IMG/VR virus record: IMGVR_UViG_3300042542_006078
Strand: one strand, 5' to 3'
DNA length: 64,000 nucleotides
Source: a virus
Lineage: Duplodnaviria; Caudoviricetes
The translations under genes and the position numbers were made by a program. Positions 35,777 to 44,150 of this stretch are shown piece by piece. Within the stretch, counting starts at the first letter, position 1; each line of letters opens with the position of its first letter. The notes beneath the pieces were generated by a model. The model was not told where the DNA came from. It saw nothing but the letters and a program-made list of their open reading frames with translations, and did not search any database.

Positions 35777-37300
35777 ATGCATTCCGAAGATGAAATACAA
35801 AATCTTGTCAAGACTGCTCTTGATCTAGCTTATAAAAAGTTTCAAGAAAAGAAATTTGAAATAGTTTGTGTCATTGCAGAGCAAATAATCAAGATTATGC
35901 CAAATGAGTACGCCGCCATGCAAATTCTTGGTCTTTCTTACAGCGCACTTCAAAGACACGACGAATCAATTAAAATCCTAAGTGAGTGCCTTGAAAAAAA
36001 CCCAGATAATCCCGAAACACTCAATGATTTAGCATTATGCGAGTCAAATCGTGGCCTTTACGAAAAAGCAATATTATTGCTCGAAAAAGCAATTCAAATA
36101 AATCCTGAAATGTCTGAACTGCATAGCAATTTAGGGCTTCAATATAGACATAAGGAGCAACACGAAAAAGCAATAGAGTGTTTTAATAAAGCCCTCCAAA
36201 TAAAGCCTATTCCAACCACATATGCCATGATGGGAGGCTGTTATGGTGAATTAAAACAACTAGAAAAAGCAAAAAAATACATAAAAAAAGCAATTGAAAT
36301 GAAACCTGATTTCGCTGCTGCCCATGTTGATCTTGCTTCTATTCTAAAGTTGCAAGGAAAATGGCCTGATGGATTCGAGGAATATGAATGGCGATATGAT
36401 GTCCACGATCAATTGCAAGTATGGAAAAAAATATATGACCCAAACAAAAGATGGCATGGAGAAGAAATTAATGGCAAAAGAATAATCATACACACTGAAC
36501 AAGGACATGGAGATGCAATTCACTTTGTTCGTTATTTGAAACCTCTTAAAGACAGAGGTGCCTATGTTATTCTGCACTGCAATGAGATTCTGCAAGGCAT
36601 ATTTTCTTCTTTTGCTGACGAAATATTCACGCAAGAACCAGACAAAATGAGTTCTTGGCAAGAAGGGAACGGAATTCCGAAACATGAATATCATTGCCCG
36701 ATGTTGAGTCTTCCTCATATTTTCAAATCAATTTACACTTATCCATCATACATTAAAGTTGACCGTAAATTTGATCTATCCAATTACAAAGATTTTTACA
36801 AAATTGGCATAGTTTGGGCTGGCAATCCTCAACACCCGAATGACAGACAAAGATCATGCAAACTTGAGTTATTCAGGCAAATTAGTGAAATGCCAAATGT
36901 TAAATTATTTAGTTTAATGAAAGATACAAGAACAAGAGCCTATGTCCATGAAAATAAACCTATCGACTTAACAGATGGCGCAGAAGACATGAAAGTTGTT
37001 GATCTAAGGGACCAAATTCATGATTTTGAAGATACAGCAGCAATTATCAATTCTCTTGATTTAGTGATTGGTGTCGATACAGCAGTAATGCATCTAGTAG
37101 GAGCCATGGGTAAGCCTTCCATTCTTTTACTGCCTTGGAATCCAGATTGGAGATGGGAACTGGAAGGGTCATTCACAATATGGTATGGCAACATGCATAT
37201 AATCAGGCAAAAAACAAAAGGTGATTGGGAACCTGTTTTTGATGAGGCCAAACAAATATTAGAAAATTATTTAATCCGTCATCTTGATGTTATTGATTAA
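35777..37300 (+). CDS. TPR-repeat + glycosyltransferase family 9-like protein
   Basis: TPRs; EQGHGDAI.F.RY; IGIVWAGNP; DFEDTAAII..LDLVIGVDTAVMHLVGAMG; DWRW. Confidence 0.9.
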   Translation: MHSEDEIQNLVKTALDLAYKKFQEKKFEIVCVIAEQIIKIMPNEYAAMQILGLSYSALQRHDESIKILSECLEKNPDNPETLNDLALCESNRGLYEKAILLLEKAIQINPEMSELHSNLGLQYRHKEQHEKAIECFNKALQIKPIPTTYAMMGGCYGELKQLEKAKKYIKKAIEMKPDFAAAHVDLASILKLQGKWPDGFEEYEWRYDVHDQLQVWKKIYDPNKRWHGEEINGKRIIIHTEQGHGDAIHFVRYLKPLKDRGAYVILHCNEILQGIFSSFADEIFTQEPDKMSSWQEGNGIPKHEYHCPMLSLPHIFKSIYTYPSYIKVDRKFDLSNYKDFYKIGIVWAGNPQHPNDRQRSCKLELFRQISEMPNVKLFSLMKDTRTRAYVHENKPIDLTDGAEDMKVVDLRDQIHDFEDTAAIINSLDLVIGVDTAVMHLVGAMGKPSILLLPWNPDWRWELEGSFTIWYGNMHIIRQKTKGDWEPVFDEAKQILENYLIRHLDVID

Positions 37301-37304
37301 AAAT

Positions 37305-37344
37305 AAAGCAACCCCTGATAAACTTCATGGTCAGGGGCTGCTTT
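37305..37344. terminator. Bidirectional intrinsic terminator
   Basis: 14-bp stem with one mismatch between convergent genes. Confidence 0.7.
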
Positions 37345-37362
37345 GATAAATTATTTTTTTAA

Positions 37363-37722
37363 TCAGCGAGATGGGCGAGAAGAAGAGCTAGTGGTCTGGG
37401 TGGTTGCGCTCTGGGCTGGAGTCTTAGCCACTGGATTGGTGACTGGCGACTTCTTTGCGGCCTTCTTCGTAGCGGTTGCAGCAGTCTTCTGCTTGCTGGT
37501 TTGAGTGGTTTCGCCAAAATTAACATCACTGAAGCCATAGGCCTTTGCGAAGTTGCGAGCGGCACCAACTACAGCCGAACGGGTTGGAAACATAGTTGAA
37601 TTGTCGGCCTTGCGAACCAACTTAAAAGGACGACCACCACACATGGTGACAGTTCCTTCAAAAACTTCGGCATCGCTGGTGCCTTTACGACTGGTGATGC
37701 GAACTGGTAGAGTATTACTCAT
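37363..37722 (-). CDS. Small basic protein with Lys/Ala/Thr-rich tail
   Basis: AAGGA RBS; visibly GC-richer codons; TKKAAKK tail. Confidence 0.75.
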   Translation of the reverse strand: MSNTLPVRITSRKGTSDAEVFEGTVTMCGGRPFKLVRKADNSTMFPTRSAVVGAARNFAKAYGFSDVNFGETTQTSKQKTAATATKKAAKKSPVTNPVAKTPAQSATTQTTSSSSRPSR

Positions 37723-37739
37723 TGCTTGCTGTCCTTTCG

Positions 37740-37758
37740 CCGTCTCAATGTGACGGAT
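37740..37758 (-). promoter_or_regulatory. CCGTC/GACGG leader hairpin
   Basis: mRNA sense ATCCGTCAcattgaGACGGcgaaaggacagcaagcaATG. Confidence 0.55.
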
Positions 37759-37799
37759 TTCTTCCTAATGCTTGGTGGCAAAATCCACCGAACAGGAAA

Positions 37800-37828
37800 A
37801 TTATAAAAGAATTTAATGGCAGAATCAA
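37800..37828 (-). promoter_or_regulatory. Sigma70-type promoter TTGATT-N17-TATAAT
   Basis: Perfect -10, 4/6 -35, 17-nt spacer, upstream of gene starting at 37722. Confidence 0.55.
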
Positions 37829-38523
37829 GAATAATTCAAAGATTTCATCATAATTGGATGAAAATTTTTTATTTTGTCATAAGGAAACTTGATGTCTGGA
37901 GGTAAACATTCAAGGAATGTGGGCGACAAAGAGTGTTTGTTGCTTGGTCTTTCACGCTTTTTATGGAATTCGCTTATAGAATTTGCATATTTGGAAAAAA
38001 ACTTGTTGACATCTAAAGAAGGAACATTCTTTTCCAAATCGAAACTATCAACCACACTTTCAATTGTTTCGCAGACAGACTCTAGTTGTATTTTTTTACC
38101 ATCATCTCCGATACGACTGAAGTCAATAAACCACAACATTGTTTCTTCGTCGTACATGAATAATGGATTTCTAAGACCAATTTCTTTATGAGCTTGAATG
38201 TAGTCTTTGATCTGGCAAAACCACATCCTTGGACGGCCATTAAGATAATTTTGAAAATAAAACCAAGCTATTATTGACTTAAAACTTAATATAAGAACAT
38301 TATTTTTTCTTTGGGTTTGAAAAGCATTCCTTAAACAAAACTCACAAAAAAAAGTTGAATCTGGTCCAAGTTTTTTACAATAAGTATAATTTTTTGAATC
38401 ACTTTCGCATTTTTTGAGGCAAAATTCGCAGTAGCGAATAAATAAATCAGATAACTCTCCTGATGATGGCATCAACAGGGTTGACAGTTGAATTTGACTC
38501 ACATTCATAGTTTGTAGTTTCAT
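37825..38523 (-). CDS. Hypothetical protein with CxxC motifs
   Basis: CEFCLKKC, CEFC. Confidence 0.7.
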   Translation of the reverse strand: MKLQTMNVSQIQLSTLLMPSSGELSDLFIRYCEFCLKKCESDSKNYTYCKKLGPDSTFFCEFCLRNAFQTQRKNNVLILSFKSIIAWFYFQNYLNGRPRMWFCQIKDYIQAHKEIGLRNPLFMYDEETMLWFIDFSRIGDDGKKIQLESVCETIESVVDSFDLEKNVPSLDVNKFFSKYANSISEFHKKRERPSNKHSLSPTFLECLPPDIKFPYDKIKNFHPIMMKSLNYS

Positions 38524-38596
38524 GTGTGATAAATTTCACAAACTGCATACATAATAATAAGTGAGTCATCAAAACTCAATATGAGGCAGAAAAATT

Positions 38597-38821
38597 ATGA
38601 ATACATTTGTTAAATGGGCAGAAAAAACCAAAAAAGAACTTCCTGTTTACATGCAGGATGAAGCAACACGCCGTGCTGGCATTGCTTATTGGGCTTATCC
38701 AGATGCGTATGTTCGCAATCAATATCCAGATGCTTGGTTTACTCCATACGCAGCCGATGCTCCATTCAAGCTTGGTTACGGAAAAGGTGGTCCTAAGGCG
38801 AATAAACAGGTGGATGGCTGA
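38597..38821 (+). CDS. Small GIAYWAYPD-motif protein
   Basis: GAGG RBS; starts MNTFVKWAE. Confidence 0.75.
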   Translation: MNTFVKWAEKTKKELPVYMQDEATRRAGIAYWAYPDAYVRNQYPDAWFTPYAADAPFKLGYGKGGPKANKQVDG

Positions 38822-39132
38822 TTAAAAGTTTCATTCAATGGGCAACTGACAATAAGTTTGAACTACCAGTTTTTCAAACAGATGAAGGCGGTGGCAGCAC
38901 TGCAAGAGGTGGCATTGCTTATTGGGCATATCCTGATGGATATATCAGAGCGCATTATCCAGATGCTTACTTTATGAGTCGTGCTGCTGATGCCTTATTC
39001 AAGATGCATCCCGGCCCGCCAATCACTAAATACAAACACCATGTCAGTCGTCACATGACATCTCCCAACTATGCGATTGGGCCAGATAGTGAAATTGAGT
39101 ACGAAAAGGAAAAAGATTACGAAACAGAATGA
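38821..39132 (+). CDS. Uncalled 103-aa paralogue of upstream gene with apparent ATT start
   Basis: IKSFIQWATDNKFELPVF..GIAYWAYPDGYIRAHYPDAYF..AADA.FK; in-frame TAA at 38803-38805 and no ATG/GTG/TTG between it and the conserved region; AGGTGG 7 nt upstream of ATT. Confidence 0.75.
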   Translation: MKSFIQWATDNKFELPVFQTDEGGGSTARGGIAYWAYPDGYIRAHYPDAYFMSRAADALFKMHPGPPITKYKHHVSRHMTSPNYAIGPDSEIEYEKEKDYETE

Positions 39133-39138
39133 AAACAG

Positions 39139-39167
39139 AAAACCCGCTCTTTTGAGCGGGTTTTTTT
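39139..39167. terminator. Bidirectional intrinsic terminator
   Basis: aaaacccgctc-tttt-gagcgggttttttt. Confidence 0.9.
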
Positions 39168-39247
39168 GTTTAGCTTCTTGCAATTTTAATTCGATTTGAC
39201 AGGTATAGAAAAATTTGCATCATGTATTTTTACTTATTCAATATTAA

Positions 39248-39889
39248 TCATTTGTATTCATATGATGATGGATCTATTCTTTCTTTATAAAGATCCATTT
39301 TTGTATTATAGAAGCTTTTGACTTTTGGATTATTTTTTGATATGAAATTATATTCTGCGTGATGTCTTTCTTCAGATCCTTTTGGCAAATCTCCGACTAG
39401 TATGTTTTCAAGAGACTTAATGTAATTAGAATTTGCCCACCAAAAGTTTCCAGCAAATAAAGATATATTATAATATGATATCCATTCTGCGCCACAAACA
39501 TCATATTCGTCAAGAGCATCTATGCAACTTTTGTGTTTGTTTACAACAAAGTATTCTAAATATTTTCTCCAACTTTTTATATTAGAATTATCTTTTCTTA
39601 CTGCGCCTTTTGTGTGAATGTACCAAATCTTACATGGTTCTATTGTTTGACACATTTCATGCATTTTCCTTAATGTCTCATTCTCTCCTTTTTTTATGTT
39701 TTCATTATGTGCAACTATCTTTGCCTTCGGTAATAAATTGATTTTTGGCATTGCTCCAGAAACACCAATATAAACATTTTCAGTGATGTCTAGCAACCCA
39801 GAACTATTTAGCAATTCAACATGTTCTTCATATATCGATTGCCATATTCCTATGTTGCCAATATGGTAAAAACCATTTATTCTACTCAT
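39248..39889 (-). CDS. Putative glycosyltransferase-like protein of large viruses
   Basis: WYIHTKG, WRKYLEYF, AGNFWWANS.YI motifs recalled from large-virus glyco genes. Confidence 0.5.
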   Translation of the reverse strand: MSRINGFYHIGNIGIWQSIYEEHVELLNSSGLLDITENVYIGVSGAMPKINLLPKAKIVAHNENIKKGENETLRKMHEMCQTIEPCKIWYIHTKGAVRKDNSNIKSWRKYLEYFVVNKHKSCIDALDEYDVCGAEWISYYNISLFAGNFWWANSNYIKSLENILVGDLPKGSEERHHAEYNFISKNNPKVKSFYNTKMDLYKERIDPSSYEYK

Positions 39890-40009
39890 AATTCATATTC
39901 TTCAAAAATGTTGAAATTAATCTGAGCCTTATATTATTTGAATGAAAACACCTCTTGGTGTCCTACTCTTTGGTAGGAACTGATTGCCAAGAAGTATTAA
40001 AATTCATCA

Positions 40010-40348
40010 TTAGATCTTCGCTTTTTTGACTCTATTTTTACGATCTTCGTCATTGATGCTTTGGGTGTCATTGGGAACCATTTGTGGAACCCTCTCCCAA
40101 TAGCCCCATTGATCATCGTTTTGCGGGTTCTGGAATACCATTCCTCTCTTCCAATACTTGTTCAATAATTCTTCAACTCTTTCTTTTGATAGTCCAGATT
40201 CTTTGGCAATAGCAGCAACACTTCTCCATTGCCATTTGGGATTCCTAGCCAAAGCGATGAAAAAATCCTGTTCTTCGTCTCCGGCCTTGCATCCCTGCGG
40301 GTAAACATCTGTCCATTTTGGTGGATTTTTCATGATTGCTCCAATCAA
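40010..40348 (-). CDS. Hypothetical protein, possible winged helix
   Basis: WRSVAAIAKESGLSKERVEELL HTH-like segment. Confidence 0.55.
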   Translation of the reverse strand: MIGAIMKNPPKWTDVYPQGCKAGDEEQDFFIALARNPKWQWRSVAAIAKESGLSKERVEELLNKYWKRGMVFQNPQNDDQWGYWERVPQMVPNDTQSINDEDRKNRVKKAKI

Positions 40349-40530
40349 ATTATCATTTACAATAATAAGAATGATTTATTGTAATTGTTTGAGTTATTCA
40401 AAAAGTATTTTCTTTACATACTATATTATTATACATGATGGCGAGAAAATAAAAACTCGTAATTTTTGTTTTTAGCAACTTGTTATTCAATAAAGCATCA
40501 TGAGAAAGAAAAACGAAAGAGCGAGGCAAA

Positions 40531-41016
40531 ATGAGATATTCTCCAAAACCCAACCGACTAGAACGCAGAACGATCAATGCCGAAAAACTTGCCAACAATA
40601 TGGGCGGTTCAGGCCTTTACATCTATGAAAACAATACGAACAGCGATCTAAAATTACCAAAGCCAACCGCTTCTGGTGTGCGTGTGGTTGGTCCTCGCAA
40701 ACGATTTCAGGGCGATAGCTATTATTTGATTTGGGTAGGCAGGCCTATGAATCTCCTTCGTTTAATTGAAGAAATCACACCCAAGAAAACAACGCAAGAA
40801 ATTGCTGAGGAAATTGCAAGGAGAAATTCCCCTATGAACGAACAAAAATTGATTTTGGATCAGCCAGATACCATCACATCAAAAGGCAAGATTGAGCATG
40901 TTGTCGATAACGAGCATCCAGTCCAACCTCTGAATGATTCAACAGCATCCAAGCCAGCAGTTGATTTTCTTCTCAATGAGAATCCACTTGATGGTGTTGC
41001 TATCACCAAAGGTTGA
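40531..41016 (+). CDS. Hypothetical protein
   Basis: GAGG RBS; 161 aa. Confidence 0.7.
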   Translation: MRYSPKPNRLERRTINAEKLANNMGGSGLYIYENNTNSDLKLPKPTASGVRVVGPRKRFQGDSYYLIWVGRPMNLLRLIEEITPKKTTQEIAEEIARRNSPMNEQKLILDQPDTITSKGKIEHVVDNEHPVQPLNDSTASKPAVDFLLNENPLDGVAITKG

Positions 41017-41069
41017 ATAATCACTTCTTCTTGTTGCTGAAAAAAAGCCATGCAAGGATAAATACCTGC

Positions 41070-41549
41070 ATGGCTCACCGCTGGATCAAGCAGCGGAACG
41101 ATTTCAGTTGCGGCCCCGTTGCTATCATGAATATACTGAAATGGATTGGCGAGTCAGTGACTTATGCCAATGATTATAAATATTGGGTCAACAAGTGCAA
41201 AACAGAAAAATACGGAACATCATTACATGATTTTGTCAGTGTTCTGTATAATCTTGATGGTATCAAGATATCTCCACGAAATGTGCCAAACATAGGCGTT
41301 ATTGACGAAGCCATTCAATCAGGAAAGGCAGTTGTCATGAAGTCTGCCTATGTTATAGATAACACATACGAAGGTCATTATTATCTTATAACAGACCATA
41401 CTGATAAATCATTTTATTGCATAAATCTAAACGATAAACATGGTTGGGTTTCCAAGCCAAGTTTCAAAAATCAATGGCTACAACACCATACTAACTATTG
41501 CCATGAATGCGGAATAGCTCCATACGCTTGGATAATTAGAAAGTGTTAG
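41070..41549 (+). CDS. C39-like papain-fold cysteine peptidase
   Basis: QRNDFSCGP (Gln, Cys) and EGHYYLI (His); TAAATA 5 nt upstream (track start 41013). Confidence 0.75.
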   Translation: MAHRWIKQRNDFSCGPVAIMNILKWIGESVTYANDYKYWVNKCKTEKYGTSLHDFVSVLYNLDGIKISPRNVPNIGVIDEAIQSGKAVVMKSAYVIDNTYEGHYYLITDHTDKSFYCINLNDKHGWVSKPSFKNQWLQHHTNYCHECGIAPYAWIIRKC

Positions 41550-42037
41550 CTCTTTTTCTCAGAAATCCATTCCGAAAATGATTTGATTTGTGGAAGACGC
41601 TTTTTGATTTTTTCGCAAAAATATGGCCAATTAGAAGAAAATCTTGGATGTAAATTCAACTTGTTAACATCATCCAGTGACACCCATTTTGAATCACTGT
41701 GTTCATCAGATAATCGAACATCAAAAGGTTTATCTATAGCGTAAAAAAATGTATGGAAGTGATGTCTTCCATCTGCATCGTCATAGTGTCCGAACCTATA
41801 ACCGGAAAAATGACCGCATTCTTCTCTTGCTTCCCTTTGGGCAGCATCAATGATGTTTTCACCATTCTCGACTTTGCCGCCCGGTATGCTCCATTTGCCA
41901 AAATGGTCGCCCTTTTCAGCCCTTTTTAATAAAAGAATTTTCTTACCATCGGTAAAAATTATCCCTGCCCCAGCTTTGCCCCAATATTTTTTGCCATCCT
42001 TGCCAAAATGATGATATTGTTCACGCCAATTCATCAT
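41546..42037 (-). CDS. Nudix hydrolase
   Basis: PGGKVENGENIIDAAQREAREECG Nudix box. Confidence 0.95.
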   Translation of the reverse strand: MMNWREQYHHFGKDGKKYWGKAGAGIIFTDGKKILLLKRAEKGDHFGKWSIPGGKVENGENIIDAAQREAREECGHFSGYRFGHYDDADGRHHFHTFFYAIDKPFDVRLSDEHSDSKWVSLDDVNKLNLHPRFSSNWPYFCEKIKKRLPQIKSFSEWISEKKS

Positions 42038-42624
42038 TTTGGCCCTCTTTTCAATGGAACTGGTTTTAATTTTTCACGATGATTGTCTGGCTGATCTTTC
42101 AAGTGATGCATTGTGTTAATCACTTCTTTTGTTATTTCAGAAGCAGAGTTTCCAGAACATTTTTCAGATTTTGTTATGCTTATTGTTTGCCTGTCACGAT
42201 TGTAAATGCCTTTATTTAGAATAAAACATTTATGATCAGGATTCCATGTTACACATCCAGTCCACTCTCCATCATCCCAGTTTCTAGAGGAGATCAAAAG
42301 TCTTAATGGCTTCTCCGTGTAAACATGTTTTGTGTGATATCCCGCTTTTTTCAAGGCTGCGCTTATGTAGCCCAAACAGATCTTTGCAAATCCTTCTAAA
42401 GCTTCTTCTCCAGTAGTTCTGTAATTAACTTCAACTGAATATCTTGATGTCTCAACTGCTTCAATCAGGTTCTCAGACCTGTATTGATGGACAGTTTTCA
42501 TATTGCCACGAATGGCAGAACCAAAATATTCAAGGCAAACATCGAGAAATTGGGGCTTAGTGACAACTTGAATCTGAGTCCCTTCAAGATTTTGCTCTTT
42601 TCTCCAATCATCAAATTTTTTCAT
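42034..42624 (-). CDS. Hypothetical protein
   Basis: GAGGG RBS; starts MKKFDDWRKE; ATGA overlap with Nudix gene. Confidence 0.75.
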   Translation of the reverse strand: MKKFDDWRKEQNLEGTQIQVVTKPQFLDVCLEYFGSAIRGNMKTVHQYRSENLIEAVETSRYSVEVNYRTTGEEALEGFAKICLGYISAALKKAGYHTKHVYTEKPLRLLISSRNWDDGEWTGCVTWNPDHKCFILNKGIYNRDRQTISITKSEKCSGNSASEITKEVINTMHHLKDQPDNHREKLKPVPLKRGPK

Positions 42625-42647
42625 TTTACCCTCATGCTATATATTGT

Positions 42648-43373
42648 ATGTTATACATTAATTTCTCAGAATGGTTGTCTATTCAAGAGAGCTACAACCA
42701 GCCAATAAAAGGCATTCAATCAAGATCGACTGCAAAATACAAAAAGAGCGTAGGCCATTATCAAGAGCAATCGACACTTGGAACAGAGGAAGTTGATGCC
42801 AGACAAGTTATGTCATTATATGGAAGAGTAAAAGAGAGTGTTGAAATGGTAAAGATGTACGATCAGACTCTTCCAGTAAATCAACAATTGCTGCGTGATG
42901 TTTCAACCATAGCAAACTTGAGTGGAGGCTCTGCATTTGGAATGTTTGTCAATAGTGACAACACGAATGTAATAGGCCAAGATGTCATGCAAAAAATTAA
43001 ATTAATTTATCCAAATGATCCAATGATTGATACAAAGATAAAAAAGCTTTCAAGGAAGAAAATATTGGATACTCTACCTGATGATGTGAGAAAACAAATT
43101 GATCCCAGAAAAATACAACCATCAGACATTATAAAAATTGATGTGAAAAAACATCTTGCAAAATATGGAGATAGTGATGCTGCTGTAATAGAAATAGCCA
43201 GCACAATCGTCCATGAGGCGACACATGTTAAGGAATATGTTGAAACAGGAGAAACTTTTGATGGACCCGGCACAGCAGTAGAAAAGGCAGAAGCTTCTTT
43301 CAAAAGCTGGGTCAAGGCTAACTGGCCCACAATATCAAGAAGATTCAATTTCTCAGGTCCATATCCTTTTTGA
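42648..43373 (+). CDS. Putative zincin metallopeptidase (HEXXH)
   Basis: IASTIVHEATH followed by E in AVEKAE; starts MLYINFSEWL. Confidence 0.6.
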   Translation: MLYINFSEWLSIQESYNQPIKGIQSRSTAKYKKSVGHYQEQSTLGTEEVDARQVMSLYGRVKESVEMVKMYDQTLPVNQQLLRDVSTIANLSGGSAFGMFVNSDNTNVIGQDVMQKIKLIYPNDPMIDTKIKKLSRKKILDTLPDDVRKQIDPRKIQPSDIIKIDVKKHLAKYGDSDAAVIEIASTIVHEATHVKEYVETGETFDGPGTAVEKAEASFKSWVKANWPTISRRFNFSGPYPF

Positions 43374-43413
43374 GTAAAAATAGATAGTTTGTATATGTAT
43401 GATAAGGAGAAAC

Positions 43414-44124
43414 ATGCAAAAACTTGACGAAATGCAATATTTGGCTGGCGTAATTAATCAGGATCACTTCTACAGCAATGGTTATGACAAGGTTGCGATT
43501 AAAAAAATTACTCGTAGAATCAATAGAATCATTGAAAATATTAATTACACTCTTGAGAATGCCGAAGAACCAACATCTGATGATACAAACAAACAAGCAG
43601 CATCAGCTTCTTCGTTTTTTGAAAAACTTAAAAGCTCGCTTGGAACTCCAACAAATAATAGTCTTCTTAAAAAATCACCTGCTGAAATAGAAAATTTAGG
43701 AAATTTAGCTGAATCTAAAGTCGAAGAATTCAAAAGAAATTTTGAACAAAATTATCCAGAAGCTGCTGCAAAACTGAAAAAAGAAGCTTTGTCTGATGCT
43801 GGCTCTCTCAAAGCAGAACTTCCCCTTACAACAGAAGGCATATTAGGAATGCTTGGTAAGGGCGCAGCCTTGATTGGAGGCGGATTATTGTGGGCGGCAT
43901 GGAAAGTAATTAAATTCATCTTGCTCACAATACTCAAAGTGATCATAAAAATTGCCAAAAATATTTTTACTTCTCATGGCAAAGGTGTTCTTCCTTTTGT
44001 CACAATATGCTTTGCGATAATATTCCCTTGGCTAGGCTTCGTTAAGGAACCAATATTCCTCATCCCTGCTGGCATTTATTACATGGTAATGACAATTGGG
44101 GCTTTAATGAAAGTTGGCGAATAA
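43414..44124 (+). CDS. Protein with C-terminal hydrophobic membrane helices
   Basis: AAGGAG RBS before MQKLDE (track start 43399); several hydrophobic stretches. Confidence 0.7.
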   Translation: MQKLDEMQYLAGVINQDHFYSNGYDKVAIKKITRRINRIIENINYTLENAEEPTSDDTNKQAASASSFFEKLKSSLGTPTNNSLLKKSPAEIENLGNLAESKVEEFKRNFEQNYPEAAAKLKKEALSDAGSLKAELPLTTEGILGMLGKGAALIGGGLLWAAWKVIKFILLTILKVIIKIAKNIFTSHGKGVLPFVTICFAIIFPWLGFVKEPIFLIPAGIYYMVMTIGALMKVGE

Positions 44125-44150
44125 TTATAAAACTTGAATCACAATTCAAA

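Noticed and set aside
39196-39223. TTGACA followed by a weak -10
   Set aside because: Poor -10 and spacing, and it would point into a convergent gene.
39954-39993. Nested hairpin cttgg/ccaag with tcctac/gtagga
   Set aside because: Short stems, single occurrence and no U-tract; too weak to call.
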